The notes beneath the pieces were generated by a model. The model was given only the letters and a program-made list of their open reading frames with translations, made no database searches and was not told the DNA's origin. From Phyllosticta citribraziliensis (Eukaryota): a DNA stretch of 64,000 bases. The position numbers were made by a program, and so were the translations under genes. Location of the stretch: positions 248,001-312,000 of the forward strand of contig NW_027117349.1 of the NCBI RefSeq assembly GCF_038025025.1. Reading direction: 5' to 3'. This document shows, one piece after another, positions 13,939 through 24,401 of the stretch (position 1 is the first letter of the stretch; every line of letters begins with the position of its first letter).

Positions 13939-14958
13939 TGCAGCGGGCGGAGACCCTGGGGCTGAACAGCCTAGATGTAAGCTTTGGACGGGCGAGGATA
14001 TTGGACGGAAGAAGAGTCGTGACAGCAAACGTCGCAAAGAGGCGGACGCGGACTCGTCATGATCCGCTTGGATTGGAGATCTGCCGGCAGCGGGCGGGGC
14101 TGCTGCTGCGGGTGATGCGACGGGCGACGGGACCGAGTTGCGGTGATCGCAGACGTGCGACGGCGGCTTGGGGAGGGAGGGGGGCGTCGAGTCGCGGCGT
14201 TTCATTGTTTGCAACGACGACGACGACGTGAGGCGCTCTCTCGCCAAACGCCGGGCTCCTGGGGATTGCAGCCCAGGTGCGCCCAGCATTCACGACCCGA
14301 CCTGTCCTTGCTTCGTCATAGCCCGTGTGGGGGCCCCCCGGCCAATGGGCGAAAACGCCAGCTCAGAACGACAGGCTGCTAGCGCCTGCGGGACCGTGGG
14401 GCCTGTCTGCGCGACCACCCCGAACCACTAAATACCTACCTACCGTACCTACATCTTAGCCGTCGCCCGACCACCTCTTCCGTCCTCTACCTCCACGACT
14501 CCACGACTCTATCGCCGTCGCATCCGCCCTCAGACACCCTACCCTGTCCACCCCTTGCCACGCCCGTTCTTTGTGCGCGTCGCCTGTCCTCCCCCGCCGT
14601 CGCCTTGGCACAGACCCCCAAGCGCCCAACTCCACCAGCCGAGAGCACCTTGTAAGACGTCCTCCCTTGACAAGCCGCATACGACCCCATCTCACCACCC
14701 AAAGATCGTCCCATCCGTCAATCCGCCCAGCAAACCGCCCAGCGACTTCATCTCCCGACTCGCGCCCGCCAAAACGACTACTTCTCCGTCCTGCCCCCCC
14801 CGCCATCCGACCCCCGAAAGAGTCCGCCTCCCGTCGCGCCCACCACCGCTCCACCACCACCATCGTCATCCGAAACCCGCCGTTTTCTCGCGTTTTTACG
14901 TGTCATTCGACCCATCTGGCCCACCGCGACGCTTTGCGACGCCCCGCAACCGACCGCC

Positions 14959-17154
14959 ATGGCTGCGACGCGTCGACAAGCCGCGCCGCTGCAGATTTTC
15001 CAGGACCCCATCAACCCGTTTGACCCCGACGAAGCTTTCCTCTCCTCCTTTGGCCCAGTCACCGACGTGTCGTCGAGCCACCACACGCTGTTGAACCCAC
15101 CCACCTCCGAGGCCAGCGGCCAGTCGCCGCACAAGCACCATGGCCACTCGAGCTCTCCTCCACCCCACGCACTGGCCGAGTCCAGCATCAACTCCATCTC
15201 CATCCCCCCGCCCAGGCGCAATGACTTCACCACCGACTCGCCCATGAAGAGGTCGTCGAGCATGTCGAGCATGACGCCGCACATGCCCAGGACCCACGGC
15301 CCCCTCTTCACCACCTTTCCCTCAACCGGAATGCTCGACAAGGAAAACAACTTTGCCGCCCTCTACGCCGACCACATGACGCTTCCCTCGGATTCGCACT
15401 ACCACTCCAAACCCCTCCCCAAGAAGACCACCCTCGACTCGGCACCGTTGCGAGACAGGAATTCCAAAAAGTCTAAGACACAGGACGCCGATCAGGACAA
15501 GCCCATTCCTGCGCCCAGCGAGATGCCGCCCGTCGAGGACGAGGGCAACAAGCCCGCTTACAGCTACGCCACCCTCATTGGCATGGCAATTCTCCGTGCT
15601 CCACAGAGGCGTTTGACCCTGGCGCAAATCTACAAGTGGATCTCAGACACCTTCAGCTACTACCGCAGCGGCGAGACCGGATGGCAAAATAGCATCCGGC
15701 ACAACCTCAGTCTCAACAAGGCCTTCATCAAGCAGGAGCGCCCGAAAGACGATCCTGGCAAGGGCAACTATTGGGCCATTGAGCCCGGCTGTGAGCGCCA
15801 GTTCCTCAAGGACAAGCCGCGCCGCATTGCGAACCCCGACAACTTTTTCCCGGCCACCCAGAGCGACTTTTCAAGACCGGCGACCGCTCCGACGAGGTCG
15901 GCGGCGCCACCAATGCCCTCCTACCAACTCCAGTCGACCCCTGTCAAGGAGAGCATCGACTCAAGCAAGTTCCCTGATGAGACCGAATTGTCCTCGGACG
16001 CCACCATTCCTGCTTCGGATCCAGCTATTCACGACGGCCAGGACGCCGCCAGCAGCGGTCAAGAAAACGACATGCCGCCGCCTGCCCACGCTCTGCGGTC
16101 CTCTCCGCCGCCTGCAGACATCACCTCGTCACCGCCTCCCGCCATGTCGGGCAACCCGCAGCACGAGGGAACCCCTCCACGCACGCTGCGCTTCCAATCC
16201 ACAAGCCGCTCAGGCGGCCGCAAGCGCAAGTTTGCCGCTCTCGGCGACAGTGGCTACTACTCGTCAATTGAGTCATCCGCCGTCAAGGCCGCTGCGCTCG
16301 CCCCTCTGCCTGTCTCGGACGCCGACTTTGACCGTCCTGCGCACAAGCGAGGCCGTGCAGAGGAGGAAATTGCCCGCATTAGGAGCTCATCTTACGACAG
16401 CCCTACCAAAGGCCGTCCCAACTTCAAACAGCCGTCGTCAATCTACGCCTCGTCGTCACCTTTCCGCCCCTTTGACAAGAGCACGGGAGACTACCAGACT
16501 CCATTGACCCCGGCCATTGTCTTCAAGAAGCCCGCGAAGCCGCCGGCGTCCGTCTCTCCCAACACCAATTTGCGCAACCACCGTAAACGCATCCAGGACC
16601 TCATTGGTTCCCCGGACAAGACCCTCGGCATGCTCTCTGACGGACAGCCGTGGAGTCCTGCTTTCCAGCTCCCCGACGACGAGCACTTCAATCTCATGGA
16701 AGAAAACTTCAGCGAGAACTTTGACGTCTTCAACGACAGCCCCCTGCGCCAAATCTACTCTGCGCGCGGCTCTCCCGAGAAGCGTTCTGCTAAGCGTCCC
16801 TCGAGCAGCCGTGCCATTACCCACTCCAACATCCTTGCCGACATTACCGGCAGCCGTGCAAATGCTACCCCCGAGGCGTCCAAGGATTGGCTCAAGCCGC
16901 CCTCGCACGGCAGGAGTCTGTCCGACTTCTTTGCCGGCAAGCAGCCAAGCCCCTCCAAGACGCCCGGTGGCGGCAATGGCGACGAACTCTTCGGCGTCGA
17001 CCTGCATTCTGACGACACTGAAGAGCCCGGTCTGGGCTTCGACATCCTGCAGGGCTTCCAGAAGATCGGCTCCCGCCAGACGCCTCAGGAAGAGAGCCCA
17101 ACCAAGAGGGCTTCCAGGCCCGGCATGAACCGCCGCTACACCACATTCCTCTGA
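14959..17154 (+). CDS. Forkhead transcription factor, Sep1/Hcm1-like
   Basis: Intronless 731-aa ORF with forkhead domain KPAYSYATLIGMAI...WQNSIRHNLSLNKAF...GKGNYW. KEN box (DKEN), many SP/TP sites, no FHA domain seen. Confidence 0.93.
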   Translation: MAATRRQAAPLQIFQDPINPFDPDEAFLSSFGPVTDVSSSHHTLLNPPTSEASGQSPHKHHGHSSSPPPHALAESSINSISIPPPRRNDFTTDSPMKRSSSMSSMTPHMPRTHGPLFTTFPSTGMLDKENNFAALYADHMTLPSDSHYHSKPLPKKTTLDSAPLRDRNSKKSKTQDADQDKPIPAPSEMPPVEDEGNKPAYSYATLIGMAILRAPQRRLTLAQIYKWISDTFSYYRSGETGWQNSIRHNLSLNKAFIKQERPKDDPGKGNYWAIEPGCERQFLKDKPRRIANPDNFFPATQSDFSRPATAPTRSAAPPMPSYQLQSTPVKESIDSSKFPDETELSSDATIPASDPAIHDGQDAASSGQENDMPPPAHALRSSPPPADITSSPPPAMSGNPQHEGTPPRTLRFQSTSRSGGRKRKFAALGDSGYYSSIESSAVKAAALAPLPVSDADFDRPAHKRGRAEEEIARIRSSSYDSPTKGRPNFKQPSSIYASSSPFRPFDKSTGDYQTPLTPAIVFKKPAKPPASVSPNTNLRNHRKRIQDLIGSPDKTLGMLSDGQPWSPAFQLPDDEHFNLMEENFSENFDVFNDSPLRQIYSARGSPEKRSAKRPSSSRAITHSNILADITGSRANATPEASKDWLKPPSHGRSLSDFFAGKQPSPSKTPGGGNGDELFGVDLHSDDTEEPGLGFDILQGFQKIGSRQTPQEESPTKRASRPGMNRRYTTFL

Positions 17155-19462
17155 GCAACTATCGGTGCTCAGTCTTGACCATCACAATTGATGCTGGCTT
17201 CCTCCACATTGGCGTGTGAATTTCGTTCGGACTTGGCGTTTTGGTTTTCAAATGGGACGACTGGCGGATCATGACTGCCATGACCTCGTTCCAACTTGAC
17301 GATCGTTACGTGTTACGAATGATACCCCACGCGCAGGTGCTTTACAATCACAACAACACACACCCTTACAACAACCCCAAACTTCAACATTCTCCCTGAT
17401 ACCCGCTTTTTGACGGAATTACTTGGCTTTTGGCGCATCCGGATGGGTCTGGAGTCGCCGAGATTGACTCGGTTCCACGTCACCAACACTACACCATGCC
17501 AGCAACAATTGTCCCCCTACCCTCCTGCTTTCACACAATCGAAAATTGGGCAATTCGTTGCCTTTTACTTGCGCGCTTCGTCTCAACCCCTGAAGGATGT
17601 CTTTTGAATCGCTCCTGGCTCTCAACTCATCTGGCTCCTTTGGACCGGACTCGGGTTGACACGACAAACGGTGGATCAATGACTTGATATCTCGTTGGAG
17701 GATAGGACGTCTGCGTACGTTGCGGCAGGCGCAGTCGATTTTCGTCTAATAGTCTCTGGGTTTCCTCTTTCCTACTTCTACTTGATCTTGTCTCTCTCAC
17801 TTTCTCCCTCCTTGATCCGTGTGACTGACGTGTGTGTGTGTTTTTCCTCTCTGTGTCTGTCCTCTTTTGGCAATTTTGGTTTCATTTTTTTCGTTCTTGT
17901 TTCTCTTTATCTTATATTGGAGCGTCGTCGTTCATTGGACTCGAACATAGCGTAGCGATATCACATGAAATTGGGGCTTTCTGGGTTTTGGTCTGGTCTG
18001 GTCTGGTTTTGGCTTTCATGGTTTGGCAATGGCAAAGTAAAGGTCTGGTACCGGTATTTGGTTTTGCTGTCTTCTCGGGCTTTTGGGTTCTTCGCGTTGG
18101 GTTTTAGGACTGGACTGGACTTGGATTGGATGGGATATGTTGGGTCAGGATCCCGCAGGCGATTTTTCTCGTACACAATTATCACTTTAGTACGATTTGC
18201 TACTCTCTATTGGTATGATGTTGACTGGTATGATGTTGACGAGCAAGTGATGACATTCCTGTGAACGTCGTCCCAACTCCTCACTGCAGTTATTCGTTCA
18301 AGTCCATCATGTCATCGCCCACACACCCTCCCGTCCACCCCGTCCCCCTCATCAGGCTCCCAATGACTCACAGAGCCTACAGAGTACAGTCATTGTCATC
18401 CCCACATTTCATTTCTCGTCTCTCCACCTCCTCGCCTCGATCTCCTCGTCCAGCAGCGCCGACGAGCAGCCAGCTGCCGTACCAACAAGCTTTTTGCAGA
18501 GATTGAACGTGGATGGCGGCGGGGACCAAGGAAGTTCGCCGCCGCCGCCGCCGTCCTGCCAGGAGTGTTCCCCGCCTGCCCAGAGCAACCGTGCAAGTGG
18601 ACGACGGCCGGGGGGGCAAGCTCCGTCGCCGTCGTGGCTTGAGCGTTTCTTCCTCAGCTACCTCAGCCATGTACCTTCTGCACCTCCCTGGTACCTTCCT
18701 TGCCTAGGCGCCGGGCTGGGTCAGGTCGGTTGGGTCAGGTCAGGGGTGAGGCATGTTGGGGGCGTGTGACGTGGCAGCGTGGCAGGCGGAATTGACTTTT
18801 TTTTTCTTTCCCCCCCCCCCATCTGCCCCCTCCCTCCCTCCCTGCTGGTCCCTGGTTCCTGGTTTCTGTCGTCCTTCGCCGCTGCTTCTCTAGCGTTGGT
18901 TTGGTTCCCCGCCCGCATGTGCGTTCCTGGTCTGTCTCCTCGGCTAGCTGACGGAGACGAGAGTGTTGGGATGGTGTCGTTGCGAGCGGCATGTTTGGTG
19001 GGAGCATCCCAGGCCGGGGAGGGTTGGCGCGAGGAGAGAGGATGTGACGTGGGGGATCCGTACCCAGTAGCAGCTTGTGGAGCTGTGTTCTATGCGAAAG
19101 TATGTGTAGGCGTGCAGGAGAGATAGACGCGATAGACAACTGGTTGGTTGATAGGGTGGTCGGATGTGGAAGATTGACTTTTTACCCTTTCTCTTTTGCT
19201 CCAATGCGTGTTTTGTTTTTGTGATGATGGGTATCTTTGATGTTGGGCTGATGACTCTGCTCGCTCGGCAGACTTTTGCCCGTGGGACTTCTCAAATGCG
19301 TCCCAAAAGCTTGCAGGAGCCAGGATGGAAACGACAAGCCCCCAATGCAAAAAAAGATGAAGATTTACCCCTGGACGCCGCTCACCCAATCTTGTCCATC
19401 GCGCTCCTTCTGAACTCCCCCTTCTTCTCTCCATCCCCGCGCTTCTGCCAGCTTCTCCCAGT

Positions 19463-19994
19463 CTAATCACTGCTCGCACAACCCTGGCAGCCGCAACTGA
19501 CGCACTGAATGTTCTGGTCCTCCTTGAGCTGGTCGCGCGGCACGCGGCAGATGCAGGTCGAGTTGAAGTTGGTCTCCTTGGTCTGGATGCAGCGCAGGCA
19601 GCACAGGTGCTCGTAGCCCTGCTTCTTCCACTTGGCGATGAGGTTGGCGTCGGCCTTGCCGTTCTTGACGCACCAGTCGTACAGCTCGCGCGAGATCTTT
19701 TCCGACGTGTACAGGTCCCATATGTAGCGTGATCCTAAAGATGCCCAAGTCACGTACGTCAGCCTTCGATTCTTTCTCGTTTGGGGCGACGGGAGTTTGT
19801 GGGGACGGCCTACGCTTGTGTGTGATTTGGAAAATGGGCCACTGTGTTTCTTGCCGCTTCTTGCCCTCGTGGCTCGAGTTGATGGCGTCCTTCATTGCGT
19901 TTTCGTACTCGAGCAGCGTGTCTTCAATGTCTTCGTAGCCCTCCGGCGGCGCCTTTTTGCGGCCGTAGCCCTTGGACGTGCGAACAACGGGCAT
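19463..19994 (-). CDS. BUD31: Splicing factor Bud31/Cwc14 (G10 family)
   Basis: [24 protein letters not shown]...CICRVP...[11 protein letters not shown]. Intron 19735-19813 joins ...QITHK-R-SRYIWD. Confidence 0.95.
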
Positions 19995-20420
19995 GGTGGT
20001 GTGGCAACGCGCAAGACGATCGAAGACTTCAAGGCCCGAAGAGTGTGGACGGTTTTCTGCCGCGGGGTTGGTTGCGCGCAAAGCTGTGGTTGGAGGCGAT
20101 GTGCGAGGCGCGATTCTTGCCAAATCGTTAGCCGCTACAGTGGCACGAGCGTGTGGATCTTGGTGGCCAGAGATGCGACGGTACTTACGTGAAGAAGAGA
20201 AGTTCGAGGAAGGTCCGCAAGTCGGCGACGATGCCATGCGGTGCTTACCTACGCCAGCGGCGTAACGACGGCTTACGTGATGCGGCTCCGCCCGCGCTGA
20301 GGTGTCCACCGCCGCCCGGAACGTCAGTTGGTGCGCACACGCCTCCCCCGGACGGTCGTCGTTGTTGCGGGTACCTGGACCTAGCCTGACAATCCGGAGC
20401 AACACCGCTCAGATATCACC

Positions 20421-21064
20421 ATGACGATCAACCCGACCTATCTCGCGCAGCGGACGCGCTCTTGCAAGTTTATTTTCTTTCGCCATTGGGATTGGACTGC
20501 CGCTGACGTGATGTCCTTCATCTAGCTGTCAATTGGACCGATGCCAAATCGAGAGTGATCAGGAGCTACCGCGACTGGCTGCGGGCTGTATGTGTCCCAA
20601 AACTATCCTTCTGAGCCCATTGGGATGGACGCTTTGCTGTGCGGGCGCTGACCGGCGCAACGAGCACAGGCTCCCGAGATCCAAAAGATGTACACCCTCG
20701 GCTTCCCCGTCTCCACCATCAGGACCAAGGTCAGGCAGGAGTTTGAGAGGCACAGATACGTCCAGCAGCTGAAGACGGTGGACGTCCTCATTTTCCACTC
20801 GCACTCCGAGTTGCAGGTACGCTACACTCTGGGGAGTGGGGAATGGAAGGTGGGGTTGGGAGGACCGTGGGCTGATGCAGCATATAGGAAACCCTCAACT
20901 TCTGGAAGCAACACCCCCACGTCCTCAAGTACTTTACTTCGGAGGAGGAAGAGCCGAGGCACAAGCTGCCCAACAACTTCATCAGCGGGTTTTTGGAGGT
21001 GGGCTGCACCGTCATTCGTTCGAAAGTGACCATTGCTGATGATATATTCCAGGGCCGCAACTAG
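20421..21064 (+). CDS. NDUFA6: Complex I LYR-family subunit NDUFA6 (B14 / 14.8 kDa)
   Basis: Spliced product MTINPTYLAQRTRSSVNWTDAKSRVIRSYRDWLRAAPEIQKMY...ETLNFWKQHPHVLKYF...FLEGRN. Four introns; the first (20464-20525) is GC-AG. Confidence 0.92.
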
Positions 21065-21171
21065 ACTCCTGTACAATGCAATTCCAAGATTCCAGTGCCC
21101 GTACTGTGCCGCAGCACTTGCTTCCACGCCTAAAACGCCAATCCAATCCACCGTTTTTTGAGACGTGAAAT

Positions 21172-21742
21172 CTACTTTGTCGCAACAAATTCGTCGCGCG
21201 TAACCGTGAACTTGTCGATCACAACGTCGCAGAGGTCGGCGAGGTCGTCAAGGCCCTTTTCGAGCACGTCGTAGACACTGACGTCGTCTGTCTGCTGTCA
21301 GCGTTTCGTCCCGCAAGCTGCGCTTCAATATGTTGGCCACTGACCATATGTTTGTATGCGAAGGTTCATCCTGTTCTCGGAGGGATGGGGGATCGAATAA
21401 CCGCAAAACTCGACCGAGGGACTACATATGTTAGCTGAGAAAATCTACATCAACCTTGACTGGTCCACCTACTTCTTCATGATGATGTAGCGGAGTGCGT
21501 TTCCGAGTGTGTGGTCCTCGTTTTCGAATTCGAAAGAAGCGGCAGTCGTTTCAGAGCCTGGCAGCTACGTGCTTGTCAGCTCCAGACTCGTAGCCACGAA
21601 AGTATTCCGGTAGGCTACTTACAACGCGGATGCGCTGCTTTTCCTCAACCTCTTCTTCCTCCTCGGGGTTCTCCTCTGCGTAGTCGACGACGGGGGCGTC
21701 CTGCATCTCCTGATCTTGGGGCTCTTTCGTTTGCGACGGCAT
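21172..21742 (-). CDS. RPC19: RNA polymerase I/III shared subunit AC19
   Basis: Acidic N-terminus, then [38 protein letters not shown] (RPB11/L fold). Three introns. TAG at 21172-21174. Confidence 0.93.
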
Positions 21743-21963
21743 GGTGGCGGGTGTGAGTTGGTTGGCGCAGTCGAAGATGGACGGAATTGCAAGAGTCGAG
21801 GATTTGCGGCGACGACGGAGATTTAAGGTTATCTGATCGATAAGCGGGCGGTCAACAGTCAGCGGGGCCTCCGATTGGCCCACGCCAAAAAGCTCGAAGC
21901 CGAACCCTTTATCATTGTTGCTGCATGCGCCCAACTTTCGCAGTCACCAAACCCAAATTCGCC

Positions 21964-22732
21964 ATGGCCGACAGAATACGAAGCGCAACCCTCAACCGCG
22001 ACACCAATGAGACCAAGATTCAGCTCAGCCTGAACTTGGACGGTGGCGCCCTGGAGCTCCCGCAAGATGCGGCCAACGGAGATGCTGGGAGTCACGCCGC
22101 GCAGGTCTCCAAGAGCCAGCACATTGACCTTGACACTGGCATTGGATTCCTCGACCACATGCTCCACGCCCTGGCGAAGCATTCCGGTTGGAGTCTGAGG
22201 CTCAGATGCCGGGGCGACTTGCACAGTGCGTGAATCAGCACCCGTTTTCCATCCGCCGCGAAGCAATTGCTCTGTCAATTGCTTTCGAGAATTCGTAGTC
22301 ATTGGCTAATCACTAAGTACAGTCGACGACCACCACACCGCCGAAGACGTCTGCATCGCCCTCGGTCTCGCCTTCAAGCAAGCCCTCGGCGGCACCACCG
22401 GCCTCGCCCGCTTCGGAAGCGCATACTGCCCGCTCGACGAAGCCCTCTCCCGCGCCGTCATCGACCTCTCCAACCGCCCCTACTCCGTCATCAACCTCGG
22501 CCTGCGCCGCGAGAAGATTGGCGACCTCAGCACCGAGATGATTCCCCACTGCCTCCAGAGCTTTGCCCAGGGTGCCGGCGTCACCCTGCACGTAGACTGC
22601 CTTCGGGGTGACAATGACCACCACAGGGCCGAGAGTGCCTTCAAGGCGCTGGCTGTGGCGACGAGGCAGGCTACCACTCGGGTCAAGGGTCGGGAAGGCG
22701 AAGAGCCTAGCACAAAGGGTGTCTTGTATTGA
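21964..22732 (+). CDS. HIS3: Imidazoleglycerol-phosphate dehydratase
   Basis: [29 protein letters not shown] (across intron 22226-22322), [13 protein letters not shown]-terminal PSTKGVL. Confidence 0.96.
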
Positions 22733-23540
22733 GCAAGTGTTGGGTGTAGCTTGGCAGAATGATGTGGCAATATAAACCTGAAGGACTTGGTCTTGGGTCA
22801 GGACGAAACGCAGAAATATTAGGACTCGCCTGCAGATGGCAAATCGGTACCTCAAGTTCTGCAGAGACGGAGACGAGTTTGCTTCACCCCTCGGAGGCTG
22901 CTGACAATGTCGTGGGACACGAGCTCGGTGGAGCGGACGAGAATAACGGCTTCTACCACACGCTTAAGATGCTTCACAGTAAATGTTAAAAATCGGAGTC
23001 AAAAGCTACTTCTCTCGTACAGATATCAGAGCCTCATCTCAATTCACTTCAGCGGCTTGCGGTTTGGTCGGCGATGCTCTCTCTTCTGAGCTGCTCTGAA
23101 CTCACAAGGCACCTGTGAAAGTGAGAATCTTGGACTTTGGTACTGGGCTATTTTGACCTGCACTCTCCCTCTGGATCGGAAGAGGACTATGTGCGGCTTC
23201 CGACCCTATATAAATTCCTCCCGCACTCTTCCAGCGCAAACAGAACAACAACCTTCACCTCACCTTCCAAACTTGACTCCCTCCTTCTGGTCCTGACGCT
23301 TGCGTTTCAATTCGCCTATCCCGGCCTCTGTTGGCCTCGGTCATCGAGCTCTGGATTTTTCTTGTTGGCTCTGCGACGAGTTGCTTCACTGACGTCGTTG
23401 ACTCCATTTACATCTCACCAACGTTTGACAATCTGCGAACTCTAGGAGCAAGACGTAAGTGACCATGTCTCCAAAGCTACTTCACCTCATTTCCCTTGAC
23501 TACGTGTGCTGACACTTTGATCTTTCCCTAGTAGCTCAGC

Positions 23541-24401
23541 ATGACCGAAATCGGCGACAAAGAATCAGCTAGGGAGTGGATGAGAATCTGGGAAAATCGC
23601 ACCGATGACAACATCTGCGACGAGATCGAAGGGCTCATCTTGGACGGCAACGGCGACTTCCTCGAGCCACCCTCTTACACTTGGGATGAACAATCGGACG
23701 AGGTGAGCCCTGAGCTCGAAATGGTGAAGCCCAAGTCGCAACAGCTGAATCTGTGGATTTGCTGTGACGACGGCACGATCAAGGTCATTGAGATCAAGTT
23801 CTCTGAGCATGGAGGCCCTCGCCCCTTCTCAAGGGTTCACAATGCCGCCGGAGGCTACCATAGCAATATCCCAGAAGCGGCGGCTCCGGACATCATTCGC
23901 TCATTCATGGAGTTCTATCTGGCTGTCCGGGAGCGCGTCGAAAAGTTCAACGCCGCTCGTCGTCGCGCCTACGATGAGGCGGCCATAGAAGCGACAATTG
24001 ATAAAACTTTGGTCAAGGTAACTTATGGCGGCTTTCTGCGTTATGGGTCTCGACTAACGATTGCTTAGTTTGCCGCAGCTTCCTCAGGTACACGCAATGC
24101 TCCATGACAGATTGACAATTCTAATTCTCAACTAGGTCCGAAGTCCGGTCTCCAGCTTACTCCACGTACACGAAAACGAACGCCGGCCATCAAGTCTGAA
24201 GAAGGCATCTACGGCGCCGTTGCCCCGTTCTTCAAGGCGGACCAACAAGTCATGGATGCTGCCGAGAAAGCCATCAACACCTTCGATGCCATCGGTTCGC
24301 CCTACGGTTCTGTCGGCACAGTCATGCAGGAACTTGGACGAGCTCTCCATGGCTATCGAAATGCAAATGCGGGCCCTGCCGCCAAGCGAACCAGGCGCTA
24401 A
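23541..24401 (+). CDS. Hypothetical 253-aa protein, no recognised family
   Basis: Exons 23541-24017, 24069-24087 and 24136-24401 with canonical GT..CTAAY..AG introns give one open frame of 762 nt. TATATAAA near 23207 and a likely 5'UTR intron 23455-23531. Confidence 0.7.

Noticed and set aside
19221..19252. GTGATGA...CTGA as a C/D snoRNA
   Set aside because: Boxes are too close, with no terminal stem or recognisable guide; it lies antisense to the BUD31 3' region.
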